Positions 50,971 through 59,900 of a stretch of DNA of 64,000 nt are shown here, piece after piece. The position numbers and the translations under genes are program-made. The notes beneath the pieces were generated by a model. The model saw only the letters and a list, made by a program, of their open reading frames with translations, made no database searches and was not told the DNA's origin. Within the stretch, counting starts at the first letter, position 1, and every line of letters begins with the position of its first letter. Origin of the DNA: Cyanobacteria bacterium P01_F01_bin.150 (lineage in GTDB: Bacteria; Cyanobacteriota; Cyanobacteriia; CAKZMO01); NCBI GenBank assembly GCA_039189765.1, contig JBCCYL010000007.1, positions 92,553 through 156,552 on the forward strand, in the 5' to 3' direction.

Positions 50971-53760
50971 CTACAGTAAATTCAACGGATCAATATCCAC
51001 CGTCAAGCTAACGCTGTTGGAACAATGGTGGCGTAAATTTCTTAAATCCAATTGCTGAACCAGGACCTGAGTCATGCCCACTGGGCACTTTAGTAGGATT
51101 TGCCATCTAAACCGACGGGCCACTCTCAAAATTGCCGCTGGTGCAGGTCCCAGCAATTCATAGGGAACAGTTCCAGGTTGTTGATCAAATTGTTCCGGCT
51201 GAATCCGCCGAGCAATTTGGTCCGCTGCCTGCTGTACGGCTATCGGTTCAGTTCCGCTTAGTTTGATCACAATTAATTGGTGATAGGGAGGGTAATTTAA
51301 CGCAGCCCTTTGTTCCAGTTCATATTCCATCACAGCTGCATAGGACCGCTGGTCCCTGATCGCCTCCAAAATCGGGTGGGATGGTGCATAGGTTTGAATA
51401 ATCACTTGGCCCGGCTGCTCTCCCCGTCCTGCCCGCCCCGCCACTTGGGTCAGGGTTTGATATGTTCGTTCTCCCGCACGATAGTCTGCCATGTGCAGCA
51501 ACCCATCCGCTGCCATCACGCCCACCAGCGTCACATGGGGAATATCGATGCCCTTGGTCAGCATTTGCGTCCCCACCAAAATATCAGCCTCCCCCTGGGC
51601 AAACTGCTGCATTAAGGCTCGATGGGACCCCTTAGTGCGGGTGGTATCGCTGTCATAGCGAAGGTAGCGAATATCGGGAAAAATCTTGGTTAATTCTTGG
51701 GTCACTCGTTGGGTACCGCTGCCAAAGTGCTTGAGGTACGGGGAATGGCAGGCTGGACAAATCTCGGGGTGCGATCGCGCCATCCCACAGTAGTGACACC
51801 GCAGGTAGGGCAGTGCCTCAGCTTGGGTGTGATGGTAAGACAACGATACATCACAATCCGCGCATTCCAGCACATGCCCACAGCTTCGACATGAAACAAA
51901 AGTACTGTGACCTCGACGATGGATAAACAAAATGCCCTGCTGCCCTTTTTCCCTAAGCTGGCCAATTGCATTCAGCAAACGACGACTAAAAATTGAGCGA
52001 TGTCCCTCTAGAAACTCTCGCCGCATATCGACGATATCGATGGGGGGTAGGGGACGGGTGTGGACTCGGTTGGGCAGGGAGAGGTAGAGAGGAGGGGGGA
52101 ATTTTGGATTTTGGATTTTGGATTTTGGATTTTGGATTTTGGATTGGGGAGTTGGGGAGTTGGGGAGTTGGGGAGTTGGGGAGTTGGGGAGTTGGGGAGT
52201 TGGGGCGACGTAGGATGGGTTAGAGTTAGCGTAACCCATCATGTCATCCCTGGTGGGAGCGTCAGGGGAAGCGGAGGAAAGACCGTGGACGTGGCTCCAG
52301 GTTTCTAGGGAGGGGGTGGCGGTTCCCATGAGTAGGGGACAATGTTCGAGTTTGGCGCGCCATTGGGCGACGTTGCGGGCGTGGTAGCAGGGGGCGGGGC
52401 GATCTTGCTTGAAGCTGCCGTCGTGTTCTTCGTCTAGGACAATGAGCCCTAGCTGGGGGAGTGGCACAAAGATGGCGGAGCGGGTGCCTATCACAATGCT
52501 GGGAATGCCTCGCAGCATATGTCGCCAGGTGTCGTATCGTTCGCCATCGGATAACCCACTGTGATAGACTTGGACCCGGTTGCCAAAGCGGGCCACAAAC
52601 CGATCGGTCAGTTGGGGTGTTAGACCAATTTCCGGCACGAGGACTAGCGCTGATTTGCCTGCGGCAATAATCGGGGCGATCGCCTGTAGATAAACTTCTG
52701 TCTTTCCGGAACCGGTAACACCATGCAGCAGGATATCCCGATACCCTTGGGTTTGGCAGGAGGCGATCGCATCCACTGCCCGTTGCTGATCGGAAGTCAG
52801 GGTCTTAGGGGCATCGGTCAAAACTGAGGACGAGTTAAGCCGCAGCACTTCTCTCGATTGAATCACTACTGCGCCTTTCTTGGAGAGGGTGTGGACTACG
52901 GATGAACTGACCTTACACTGCTGTAGGAGTTCCGTAAGCCAGATATCGCCGCCCCGTCGTTTCAATACGTCTAGTACGTCTTGCTGGCGACGACTGATCG
53001 TGTCTGGAATAACTCCGGTTAGGGTCACTGCCTTCTGTTGCTTGGGTTTGACCGCATTAGGTGGTTCTAAATAACTTTCGACCCAGCCTCGCTGTAGCAG
53101 ATCCTGTAATCCTCGGTGTGCACCGCGAATATTTCGTTTTAGATAGGTCCAGGTGTAGTCCTGCTTTTTAGAGGCTTGCAAACGTGTTAGTAGCTGCTGG
53201 GCCGCTGGCTGCAAGAAGACCTCGGCACCGGACGGAACCGCTGCTGGCTGGAGACGAATGCGACGCTGCGATCGCCCCAATAACCCCGGCGGCAGCGCTG
53301 CCCGGACTACTTGAATCAGAGGAGTACAGTAATATTCTGCTACTTTCTGTAACATCGCCCAGTAAGAGGCTGGAAAAAATCCTCGACTGACCACGTTGTT
53401 AATCTCTCGAACCGCTGCTTCTTCCACCATTGGAGGGAGTTGATGGGTGAGGGCGATCGCCACTGCCCCCACCTGCTGACTACCAAAAGGCACGCTGACA
53501 ATATCCCCTGGCTGCACTAACTCTTGAGTGGACATTCGATAGGTGTACAGCCCCTGAGAGCCTGGACAATCTACTAGAACTTCCACAAATGGATAGGATT
53601 CGTCTGTCTGATGTGCAGCATTTCCATATCCAGCCGTTGATTCTGCAACGATAGCTGCTGGAGGCGGCAGCGGAGCCACCTTTTTACTCCCACTCTCTGA
53701 TCTATCAACTAAATCTGTATAGGCCAAGGTTTTTCTCTCCAATGATCCCAAAAACCTCAA
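50971..53760 (-). CDS. priA: Primosomal protein N' (PriA) with in-frame tandem-repeat insertion
   Basis: GVTGSGKTEVY, DEEHD, four CxxC pairs and QVAGRAGR. Confidence 0.97.
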   Translation of the reverse strand: MRFLGSLERKTLAYTDLVDRSESGSKKVAPLPPPAAIVAESTAGYGNAAHQTDESYPFVEVLVDCPGSQGLYTYRMSTQELVQPGDIVSVPFGSQQVGAVAIALTHQLPPMVEEAAVREINNVVSRGFFPASYWAMLQKVAEYYCTPLIQVVRAALPPGLLGRSQRRIRLQPAAVPSGAEVFLQPAAQQLLTRLQASKKQDYTWTYLKRNIRGAHRGLQDLLQRGWVESYLEPPNAVKPKQQKAVTLTGVIPDTISRRQQDVLDVLKRRGGDIWLTELLQQCKVSSSVVHTLSKKGAVVIQSREVLRLNSSSVLTDAPKTLTSDQQRAVDAIASCQTQGYRDILLHGVTGSGKTEVYLQAIAPIIAAGKSALVLVPEIGLTPQLTDRFVARFGNRVQVYHSGLSDGERYDTWRHMLRGIPSIVIGTRSAIFVPLPQLGLIVLDEEHDGSFKQDRPAPCYHARNVAQWRAKLEHCPLLMGTATPSLETWSHVHGLSSASPDAPTRDDMMGYANSNPSYVAPTPQLPNSPTPQLPNSPTPQSKIQNPKSKIQNPKFPPPLYLSLPNRVHTRPLPPIDIVDMRREFLEGHRSIFSRRLLNAIGQLREKGQQGILFIHRRGHSTFVSCRSCGHVLECADCDVSLSYHHTQAEALPYLRCHYCGMARSHPEICPACHSPYLKHFGSGTQRVTQELTKIFPDIRYLRYDSDTTRTKGSHRALMQQFAQGEADILVGTQMLTKGIDIPHVTLVGVMAADGLLHMADYRAGERTYQTLTQVAGRAGRGEQPGQVIIQTYAPSHPILEAIRDQRSYAAVMEYELEQRAALNYPPYHQLIVIKLSGTEPIAVQQAADQIARRIQPEQFDQQPGTVPYELLGPAPAAILRVARRFRWQILLKCPVGMTQVLVQQLDLRNLRHHCSNSVSLTVDIDPLNLL
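52101..52205 (+). repeat. Short tandem repeats inside priA: (ATTTTGG)6 and (GGGGAGTT)7
   Basis: Read directly. They encode PTPQLPNS and SKIQNPK repeats on the - strand. Confidence 0.95.
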
Positions 53761-53862
53761 CCCATTGCAGAAAGAGGACAGTTCAATATTACTAGAATAG
53801 ACATCACTTCAATGCTGAGATTTATTATGAAATGTAGTGACAGCCATTACTGACAGTAACAA

Positions 53863-55227
53863 ATGGAGGAGGCTCGGTTGACGCTAATCGATATTCGCCA
53901 GTTTTACCAAACCACCAACCCTGCCAGGGTTCTAGACCCTGAAGATGAGCAAGACCGTGCCTTCTATATCGACTTTTCCTCGGTGCGGGGGGAGCCGATT
54001 ATCAACGAAATTAAGGATGTGATTAGTTTTTATGAGCCGGATAATCCCACCTGCACCTTATTTACGGGGCATATTGGCTGCGGTAAATCCACGGAGCTAC
54101 TGCGGCTGCGGGCAGAGTTAGAGACAGACGGGTTCCATGTGGTCTATTTTGAGTCATCCGATGACCTGGAGATGGCGGATGTGGATATTGGCGATGTGCT
54201 GTTGGCGATCGCCCGTCGCATTAGCCAAAGTCTGGAGGCGATTAATCTTGGTAATCCTAAGGGGCTGCAAGGGTTTCTCAAGGGTGCAGCCAAAGTGCTG
54301 ATGACCGAGATTGAGCTGGAAGGGTCGGCGGAGTTTATGGGGATGGGTCTGTCGGGCAATAGCCAAGGGGAAATGACCCTGTCGGCGGGGATTGGCAAGA
54401 TTACGGCGCGGGCCAAGAATGATGCGAAATTGCGCGATCGCCTTAATCAGTTCCTCGGTCCCCAGAAGAATCAGCTAGTGGATGCGATTAATAATGAGCT
54501 GCTCAAGCCTGCGATCGCCCAGCTTAAGGAACAGGGCAAAAAGGGTCTGGTGGTGATTGTGGATAACCTAGACCGAATTGATAATCGGGTGAAAGGGATG
54601 GGGCGTTCTCAGCAGGACTATCTGTTTATTGACCAGCATGAGTGCCTTCGTAATCTCAACTGTCATAAGGTCTATACGTTGCCCCTGGCAATGAAATTTT
54701 CCAGTGATTACGGATTGCTGACCGCTCGCTATATGGACGATCCCAAGGTGCTGCCCATGGTGCCTGTTATGTTGCAATCGGGGGATCTGTGTGAGGAGGG
54801 CATGGGGCTAATTCAGCAAATGGTGTTGGCGCGGGCGTTGCCCCACGGCACGGCGGCAGAGCGGTTAGCGCTAATTCCCCAACTTTTTGATTCTACCGAG
54901 TCCCTAACGCGGCTGTGTTTGGCCAGCGGTGGACATGTGCGGGATTTACTGCGTTTGCTGAATGGCTGGGTGCGTAAGCACCGCAGCTTTCCCCTCCAGC
55001 GAGACAAGCTGGAAGAGGTGATTCGGGCGCGACGCAATGAAATGAATCTACAGCTCTCGGATGATGAGTGGGAGTTGCTGCGGCAGGTGCGCCAACGCAA
55101 AAAAGTAGGAGGCGATCAGGACTATCAAACGCTAATCCGCAGTCGATTGGTATTTGAATATCGCAATCAGGGACTGTCTTGGTTTGACGTTAATCCGATT
55201 TTGTTGGATGCTCCTGAACTTCAGTAG
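53863..55227 (+). CDS. P-loop ATPase (AAA/STAND-associated), probable partner of the downstream nSTAND-WD40 protein
   Basis: GHIGCGKST Walker A, VIVDNLDR Walker B, SGGHVRDL and WFDVNP. Confidence 0.85.
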   Translation: MEEARLTLIDIRQFYQTTNPARVLDPEDEQDRAFYIDFSSVRGEPIINEIKDVISFYEPDNPTCTLFTGHIGCGKSTELLRLRAELETDGFHVVYFESSDDLEMADVDIGDVLLAIARRISQSLEAINLGNPKGLQGFLKGAAKVLMTEIELEGSAEFMGMGLSGNSQGEMTLSAGIGKITARAKNDAKLRDRLNQFLGPQKNQLVDAINNELLKPAIAQLKEQGKKGLVVIVDNLDRIDNRVKGMGRSQQDYLFIDQHECLRNLNCHKVYTLPLAMKFSSDYGLLTARYMDDPKVLPMVPVMLQSGDLCEEGMGLIQQMVLARALPHGTAAERLALIPQLFDSTESLTRLCLASGGHVRDLLRLLNGWVRKHRSFPLQRDKLEEVIRARRNEMNLQLSDDEWELLRQVRQRKKVGGDQDYQTLIRSRLVFEYRNQGLSWFDVNPILLDAPELQ

Positions 55228-55304
55228 GGTCCAGCTTCTGGTGGGAAATAGGGGCGCGTCGTGCCGCCATTTCCCACAAACTTGTTGCGCCTTACGTTGG
55301 CCCC
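55228..55304 (+). mobile_element. Divergent ~80-bp repeat, copy H, at the ATPase stop codon
   Basis: GTGGGAAAT..ATTTCCCAC hairpin and TTGTTGCGCCTTA. Flanks CTTCAGTAG / CTTGAGTAG. Confidence 0.55.
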
Positions 55305-55345
55305 CTTGAGTAGTATATTGGAATTATAATTCATGCGATACGGCT

Positions 55346-55918
55346 ATGGTGATTACCCTTGATTTGAGTACAACCTTGGAATTGACTGATGCTCAGTTTG
55401 AAGCGATTTGTCGCCAAAATCGAGAGCTGCGCTTGGAAAAAACGGCTAAAGGGGAATTAGTGATTATGCCACCAACGGGCGGTGAGACTGGTGAACGTAA
55501 TTCTTCAATGAATGGTCAACTTTGGGTTTGGAATCGCAAATATAAGTTGGGCCGATTGTTTGATTCATCGACTGGGTTTCGATTGCCGAGTGGGGCGACG
55601 CGATCGCCCGATGCTTCATGGGTTAAAGAAGAACGCTGGCAGCAATTAACCCCAGACGAACGGCAGAAATTTTTACCTCTCTGTCCTGACTTTGCCATCG
55701 AGCTAAAGTCTTCCTCCGATAGCCTCAATGATTTACAGCGAAAAATGGAGGAGTATGTGGCAAATGGCTTGGTATTGGGATGGTTAATTGACCCAAAACA
55801 AAAAACGGTTAAGGTCTATCAGCAAAATCTACCCTGTAAAACGATTAATCAGCCCAAACGCCTTGCCGCTGACCCAGTTCTGCCTGGATTTGTAATGGAG
55901 TTTGACGATATCTTTTGA
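55346..55918 (+). CDS. Uma2 family (DUF820) endonuclease-like protein
   Basis: GELVIMPP, FDSSTGF, SPDASW, CPDFAIELKS and GWLIDP. Confidence 0.95.
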   Translation: MVITLDLSTTLELTDAQFEAICRQNRELRLEKTAKGELVIMPPTGGETGERNSSMNGQLWVWNRKYKLGRLFDSSTGFRLPSGATRSPDASWVKEERWQQLTPDERQKFLPLCPDFAIELKSSSDSLNDLQRKMEEYVANGLVLGWLIDPKQKTVKVYQQNLPCKTINQPKRLAADPVLPGFVMEFDDIF

Positions 55919-56072
55919 ACCTCTAACGTATTGGTGTCGGATCTGCCAATACCAATACGTTTAAAAGTACCAGTACGGTAAGGTCCGTTGTCACGCACAA
56001 TCACATTAGATCCTAGCTGGAAACGGTGTGTTGTCACGCACCCTATGTTTGCTACTCCCAATGTCCCTCTGC

Positions 56073-56350
56073 TTGACGGAATAACCGCAATCGACTTATG
56101 GTCATTGATAAGGGTGGCGATCGCATTTTGCCATCACCACCCCGGAGCAGAACTCAATAAGAATTTAGCGCCATCGGCAGGTGTTGAGACCACCGAACCG
56201 ACGGCTAGATCCCTAAAACTGCACATGCCAGTCTAAGGACTTGGGTTGATTATGCCCTAGTCTCCCGACTTGCACCAGAGGTTCGGGGACGGCTAATCAC
56301 CTATTGAGTTCTGGTTTCCTCTGCAAACCCGATTAAGGAAATCAGAACAA
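56073..56350 (+). promoter_or_regulatory. Sigma70-type promoter and highly structured 5' leader
   Basis: TTGACG-N18-TATGGT. Multiple helices, including CAGAACTCAATA (56148-59) / TATTGAGTTCTG (56302-13). Confidence 0.55.
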
Positions 56351-56605
56351 ATGTTTAGACCTTCTAACCCGGACGCGTTTGCGTCCAACGATGGTGGTGC
56401 CCATTCTTCAGATGATTCGTCCCCATCGCCCCAGTATGAACGGGTGCGCCATCACCTGTATGGTCGCCCCAACATGGTGCAGGCAGTGATTAAATATCTG
56501 TACAAGCTAAACTATGCCGAACCCCACGAATGGAGTAAACCCATCCCCACCGGACGCCCCCCTGAAGTCATGGTGATACTAACCAAAAAAGTCCAGGTCA
56601 ATTAA
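56351..56605 (+). CDS. Small cyanobacterial hypothetical protein
   Basis: AAGGA RBS. VRHHLYG..LYKLNYAEPHEWSKPIPT..EVMVILTK pattern, which I recall from cyanobacterial accessory genes. Confidence 0.7.
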   Translation: MFRPSNPDAFASNDGGAHSSDDSSPSPQYERVRHHLYGRPNMVQAVIKYLYKLNYAEPHEWSKPIPTGRPPEVMVILTKKVQVN

Positions 56606-56630
56606 ATCGGACTTAGATCCCAGCGGACTT

Positions 56631-56663
56631 AGATCCCAGGGTTCTTTAAGAACCCTGGGATCT
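56631..56663. repeat. REP/SDR-like palindrome with a partial upstream duplication
   Basis: AGATCCCAGGGTTCTT-T-AAGAACCCTGGGATCT. CGGACTTAGATCCCAG is duplicated just before it. Confidence 0.7.
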
Positions 56664-56685
56664 GACCACCAGAAACGATAGGAAT

Positions 56686-56904
56686 ATGTACCTCAATTAT
56701 TTCAAAGCAGAAGAAAATGTGGTGGACGATAATGACCCCATCGGCATTGTGTTGGCAACGGATAAGGATGAGGTGATGGTGGAGTATGCCACTGGCTCTA
56801 TTTCAAATCAGCTTTTTGTATCGCGATATCAACTTTATTTACCCGATGTAGAGGTTTTGAAGCGAGAGCTACAAAGGCTGCTAGAAAATAATGATGAATC
56901 ATAA
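56686..56904 (+). pseudogene. C-terminal fragment of a YhcG/DUF1016 PD-(D/E)xK protein
   Basis: MYLNYF..DNDPIGIVL..VEYA..LFVSRYQLYLP matches the DUF1016 C-terminus. The N-terminal part is absent. Confidence 0.75.
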
Positions 56905-56930
56905 ATAATGCGTAACAGGAGGTAAGCAGA

Positions 56931-59900
56931 GTGTCGCCCCAAAATGCAGCAGCGATGGAAGAGTTGGTGGGGGCGATCGCCTTTTCCCAGGGGGCGAATG
57001 CGCTTAATCTGCTGCTGGTGCGCTGTAACTATGGCCAGTTGCGGGAGCAAATGGTAGCCGCACTGCTGGCTCAGCTCGAAGCGGAATCGCTGGATGGTCC
57101 GGTGCATATTCTGCGGTCTGGTGGGGTAGATATTCACGATCAAATCCAATCCGTCACCCAAGATGGTCCCCCAGGCGCAGTGATTGTGCTGGTAACGGCA
57201 ACGGGGGCGGACCTGGATGCGGTGTTGGTGGAGTTAAATAAGCGACGGGAGGAGTTTCGGCGAAACTTTCGGTTTCCGGTGGTGCTGTGGTTCACGGATG
57301 AGGGCTATCAGCGGCTGTCCCAGTTGGCCAATGATTTTGAAAGCATTGTGGGCGGGGAGGCGATCGCCTTTGGCCTATCCGGAGACGACCTGTCCCAGCG
57401 GTTAGAAGATGCCGCCCAGGCAATGTTTACGGCATTGTTAAAGCCGGATAGCTCGGCGTCGTTTAATAAACGGCTAAAGGAAATGACCTTGGGCTATTTA
57501 AGTGCAGATGAGGTGGCGATCGCCACCTCGGACCTACATGCTCAAGCCTATGCCATCAGCCCCGGCCTCCAGGCTCATATTGATTTTGCGCGGGGATTAA
57601 ATGTGGCTCCCGTGGAGGCGATCGCCCTTTTCCAACAGTGTGCGGACCATTGGGCAACGGTGGGAACGCCAGGGGCATCGCTAAAGCAGGGAGTGGCGCT
57701 ATATTATCTGGGGCAGGCTAGCTATTTTGTTATCGACAAGCTCAAGAATCAGCCACGGGATGGGCTGATTGATGATTGGGCGATTGGGGTTAGGCACGCT
57801 GAGAGAACGGTCAGATCGGATGGGCCACAGTATGATTTTTCGGCTCGGCCTACGTCCCAGCCTCTTTTAGAATCGGATCAAGAGCCGATTACATGGGATA
57901 TTGCGGTGCCGCCCCTTGAATACTGTCTCGCTATTTTTGACCAGGCTAACCGACCGGATTTGGTAGCGGTGTGCGTTAATCGACTGGAACGGACGCTGCA
58001 TCGGCTACAGCGCTGGGATGCTCTGGAGCGACTAATTCAGCGAGCGCTACCGTTGCATCAGACCTACGGCACGGTCAGTAAGCTGTCTCAAGACTATGGA
58101 TTTCTGGCAGATATTGCGCTCCATCGGGAACAGTGGCAGGAGGCGGCACAATTGGCCCAACAGGCGCTGGACTTGTTGGAACCAAAGAGCCAACCGCCAG
58201 TAATGCGATCGTGGTGGCCCATTCTCTATCGCTATTTGTTGGCAAAGGCAGAACGGGCCTTGGGCAATGGGGATGCGGCAACGGCTCAGCTCCAAGCTGC
58301 AATGGCCATGGGCGTAATGGATCGACCCACACTCTATAGTGCCGTACTGTCGTTGCTCCGGGAATGTTTGCGGGACCAGGGGCAGTATTTGGAGGCGTTT
58401 GAGCTAAAGCGGGAACGGCTGTCGGTGGAGCGACAGTATGGGCTGCGAGCATTTATTGGGGCGGGGCGATTGCGATCGCAGCGGGTGGAGCAGCGGCCTA
58501 CGGTACAGTCGGGACGACAGACGCTGGAGGCGATCGCCCCTGAAATTGATTCTTCGGGACGCTACAGGGATTTGGAGGAGCTGCTGAACCGAATTGCCGG
58601 AACCAGCCATAAGCTAATTGTGCTCCACGGCGATTCAGGCGTGGGGAAGAGTTCTCTAGTCAATGGAGGACTGGTTCCAGCGTTGCAGGCGAAGGCGCTG
58701 GAGAATCGAACGAATGTGCCCGTTGTGTTGCGGCGATATACGAATTGGGAGCGGGAACTGTCTACAGCTCTCACGTCTGCATTGGGCAACCAAAATCCAA
58801 AATCCAAAATCCAAAATCCGGAAGACCCACCCCTAGCCCCTCCCAAGAGGGGGACCGGAGGACCCACCCCTAGCCCCTCCCAAGAGGGGGACCGGAGCGT
58901 CCAAAATCCAAAATCTAAAATCCAAAATTCCCTGCTTTCTACTCTCCAACACTGCGAAGGCCTCTCCCTCCGCCCTGTGTTGATTTTTGACCAGTTTGAG
59001 GAGTTTTTCTTTGCCAATCCCGATCGGGTGGCGCGGCGGGCGTTTTTTCAGTTTATTGCGGAGTGTTTGGAGCTGCCTAGTGCGCTGAAGATTGTGTTTT
59101 CGCTGCGGGAGGATTATCTGCACTATTTGCTGGAGGCGAAGAAGCTGGTGCGGCGGAGCGACCTGGGGGATGGGTCGATGGCGCGATCGCAACTGGAAGA
59201 TATTCTGGGGCAGAAGACGCTATATGAAATCGGCAATTTTAGCCCGGAGGATGCGAAGGCGATTATTCAACGGTTAACAGCGGGGTCGAGGATGGGGTTG
59301 GAGCCTGGGCTGGTGGATGCGCTGGTGGCAGATTTGGCTCGACCGTTGGGGGAAGTGCGGCCGATTGAGATGCAGATTGTGGGGGCGCAGCTACAGACGG
59401 AGGGGATTCAATCACTGAGCCGATATCTTCTATTAGGAGATGAACCCAAGGAAGAGTTAGTTAGTCATTATTTACAAGATGTGGTAAATGATTGTGGTGA
59501 AAAATATACTCAGTTGGCTGAGTTAGTTCTTTACCTCCTGACTGATGAACGAGGAACACGGCCATTGAAATCTGTTTCAGAACTACAACAAGAATTAAAG
59601 CCTCTATTACCTCATTTTGTTTTGTTAGATGAACCTTTTACCCAACTTTCAACTTCTTCAAAACAAGAGACTGCTATTGACACCAAAGATACTCAAAACC
59701 TTGACAACCCAAAAACGCTAAATGGTCTAGGCTATGTTTTACATATTCTTTGCGGTTCAGGGCTTATTTCCTACTTCCCTGAAGAGCCAGAGGATCGCTA
59801 TCAATTAGTACACGATTATGTGGCAGAAACTTTTCGTTTACGCTATGACTTTAGACTGCATAAAAAGCTTATCAAGGTAGAGGAAGAACGTGGCAAACTT

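Noticed and set aside
58824..58897. 37-bp tandem repeat as a CRISPR array
   Set aside because: There is no spacer between the units and it lies inside a CDS.
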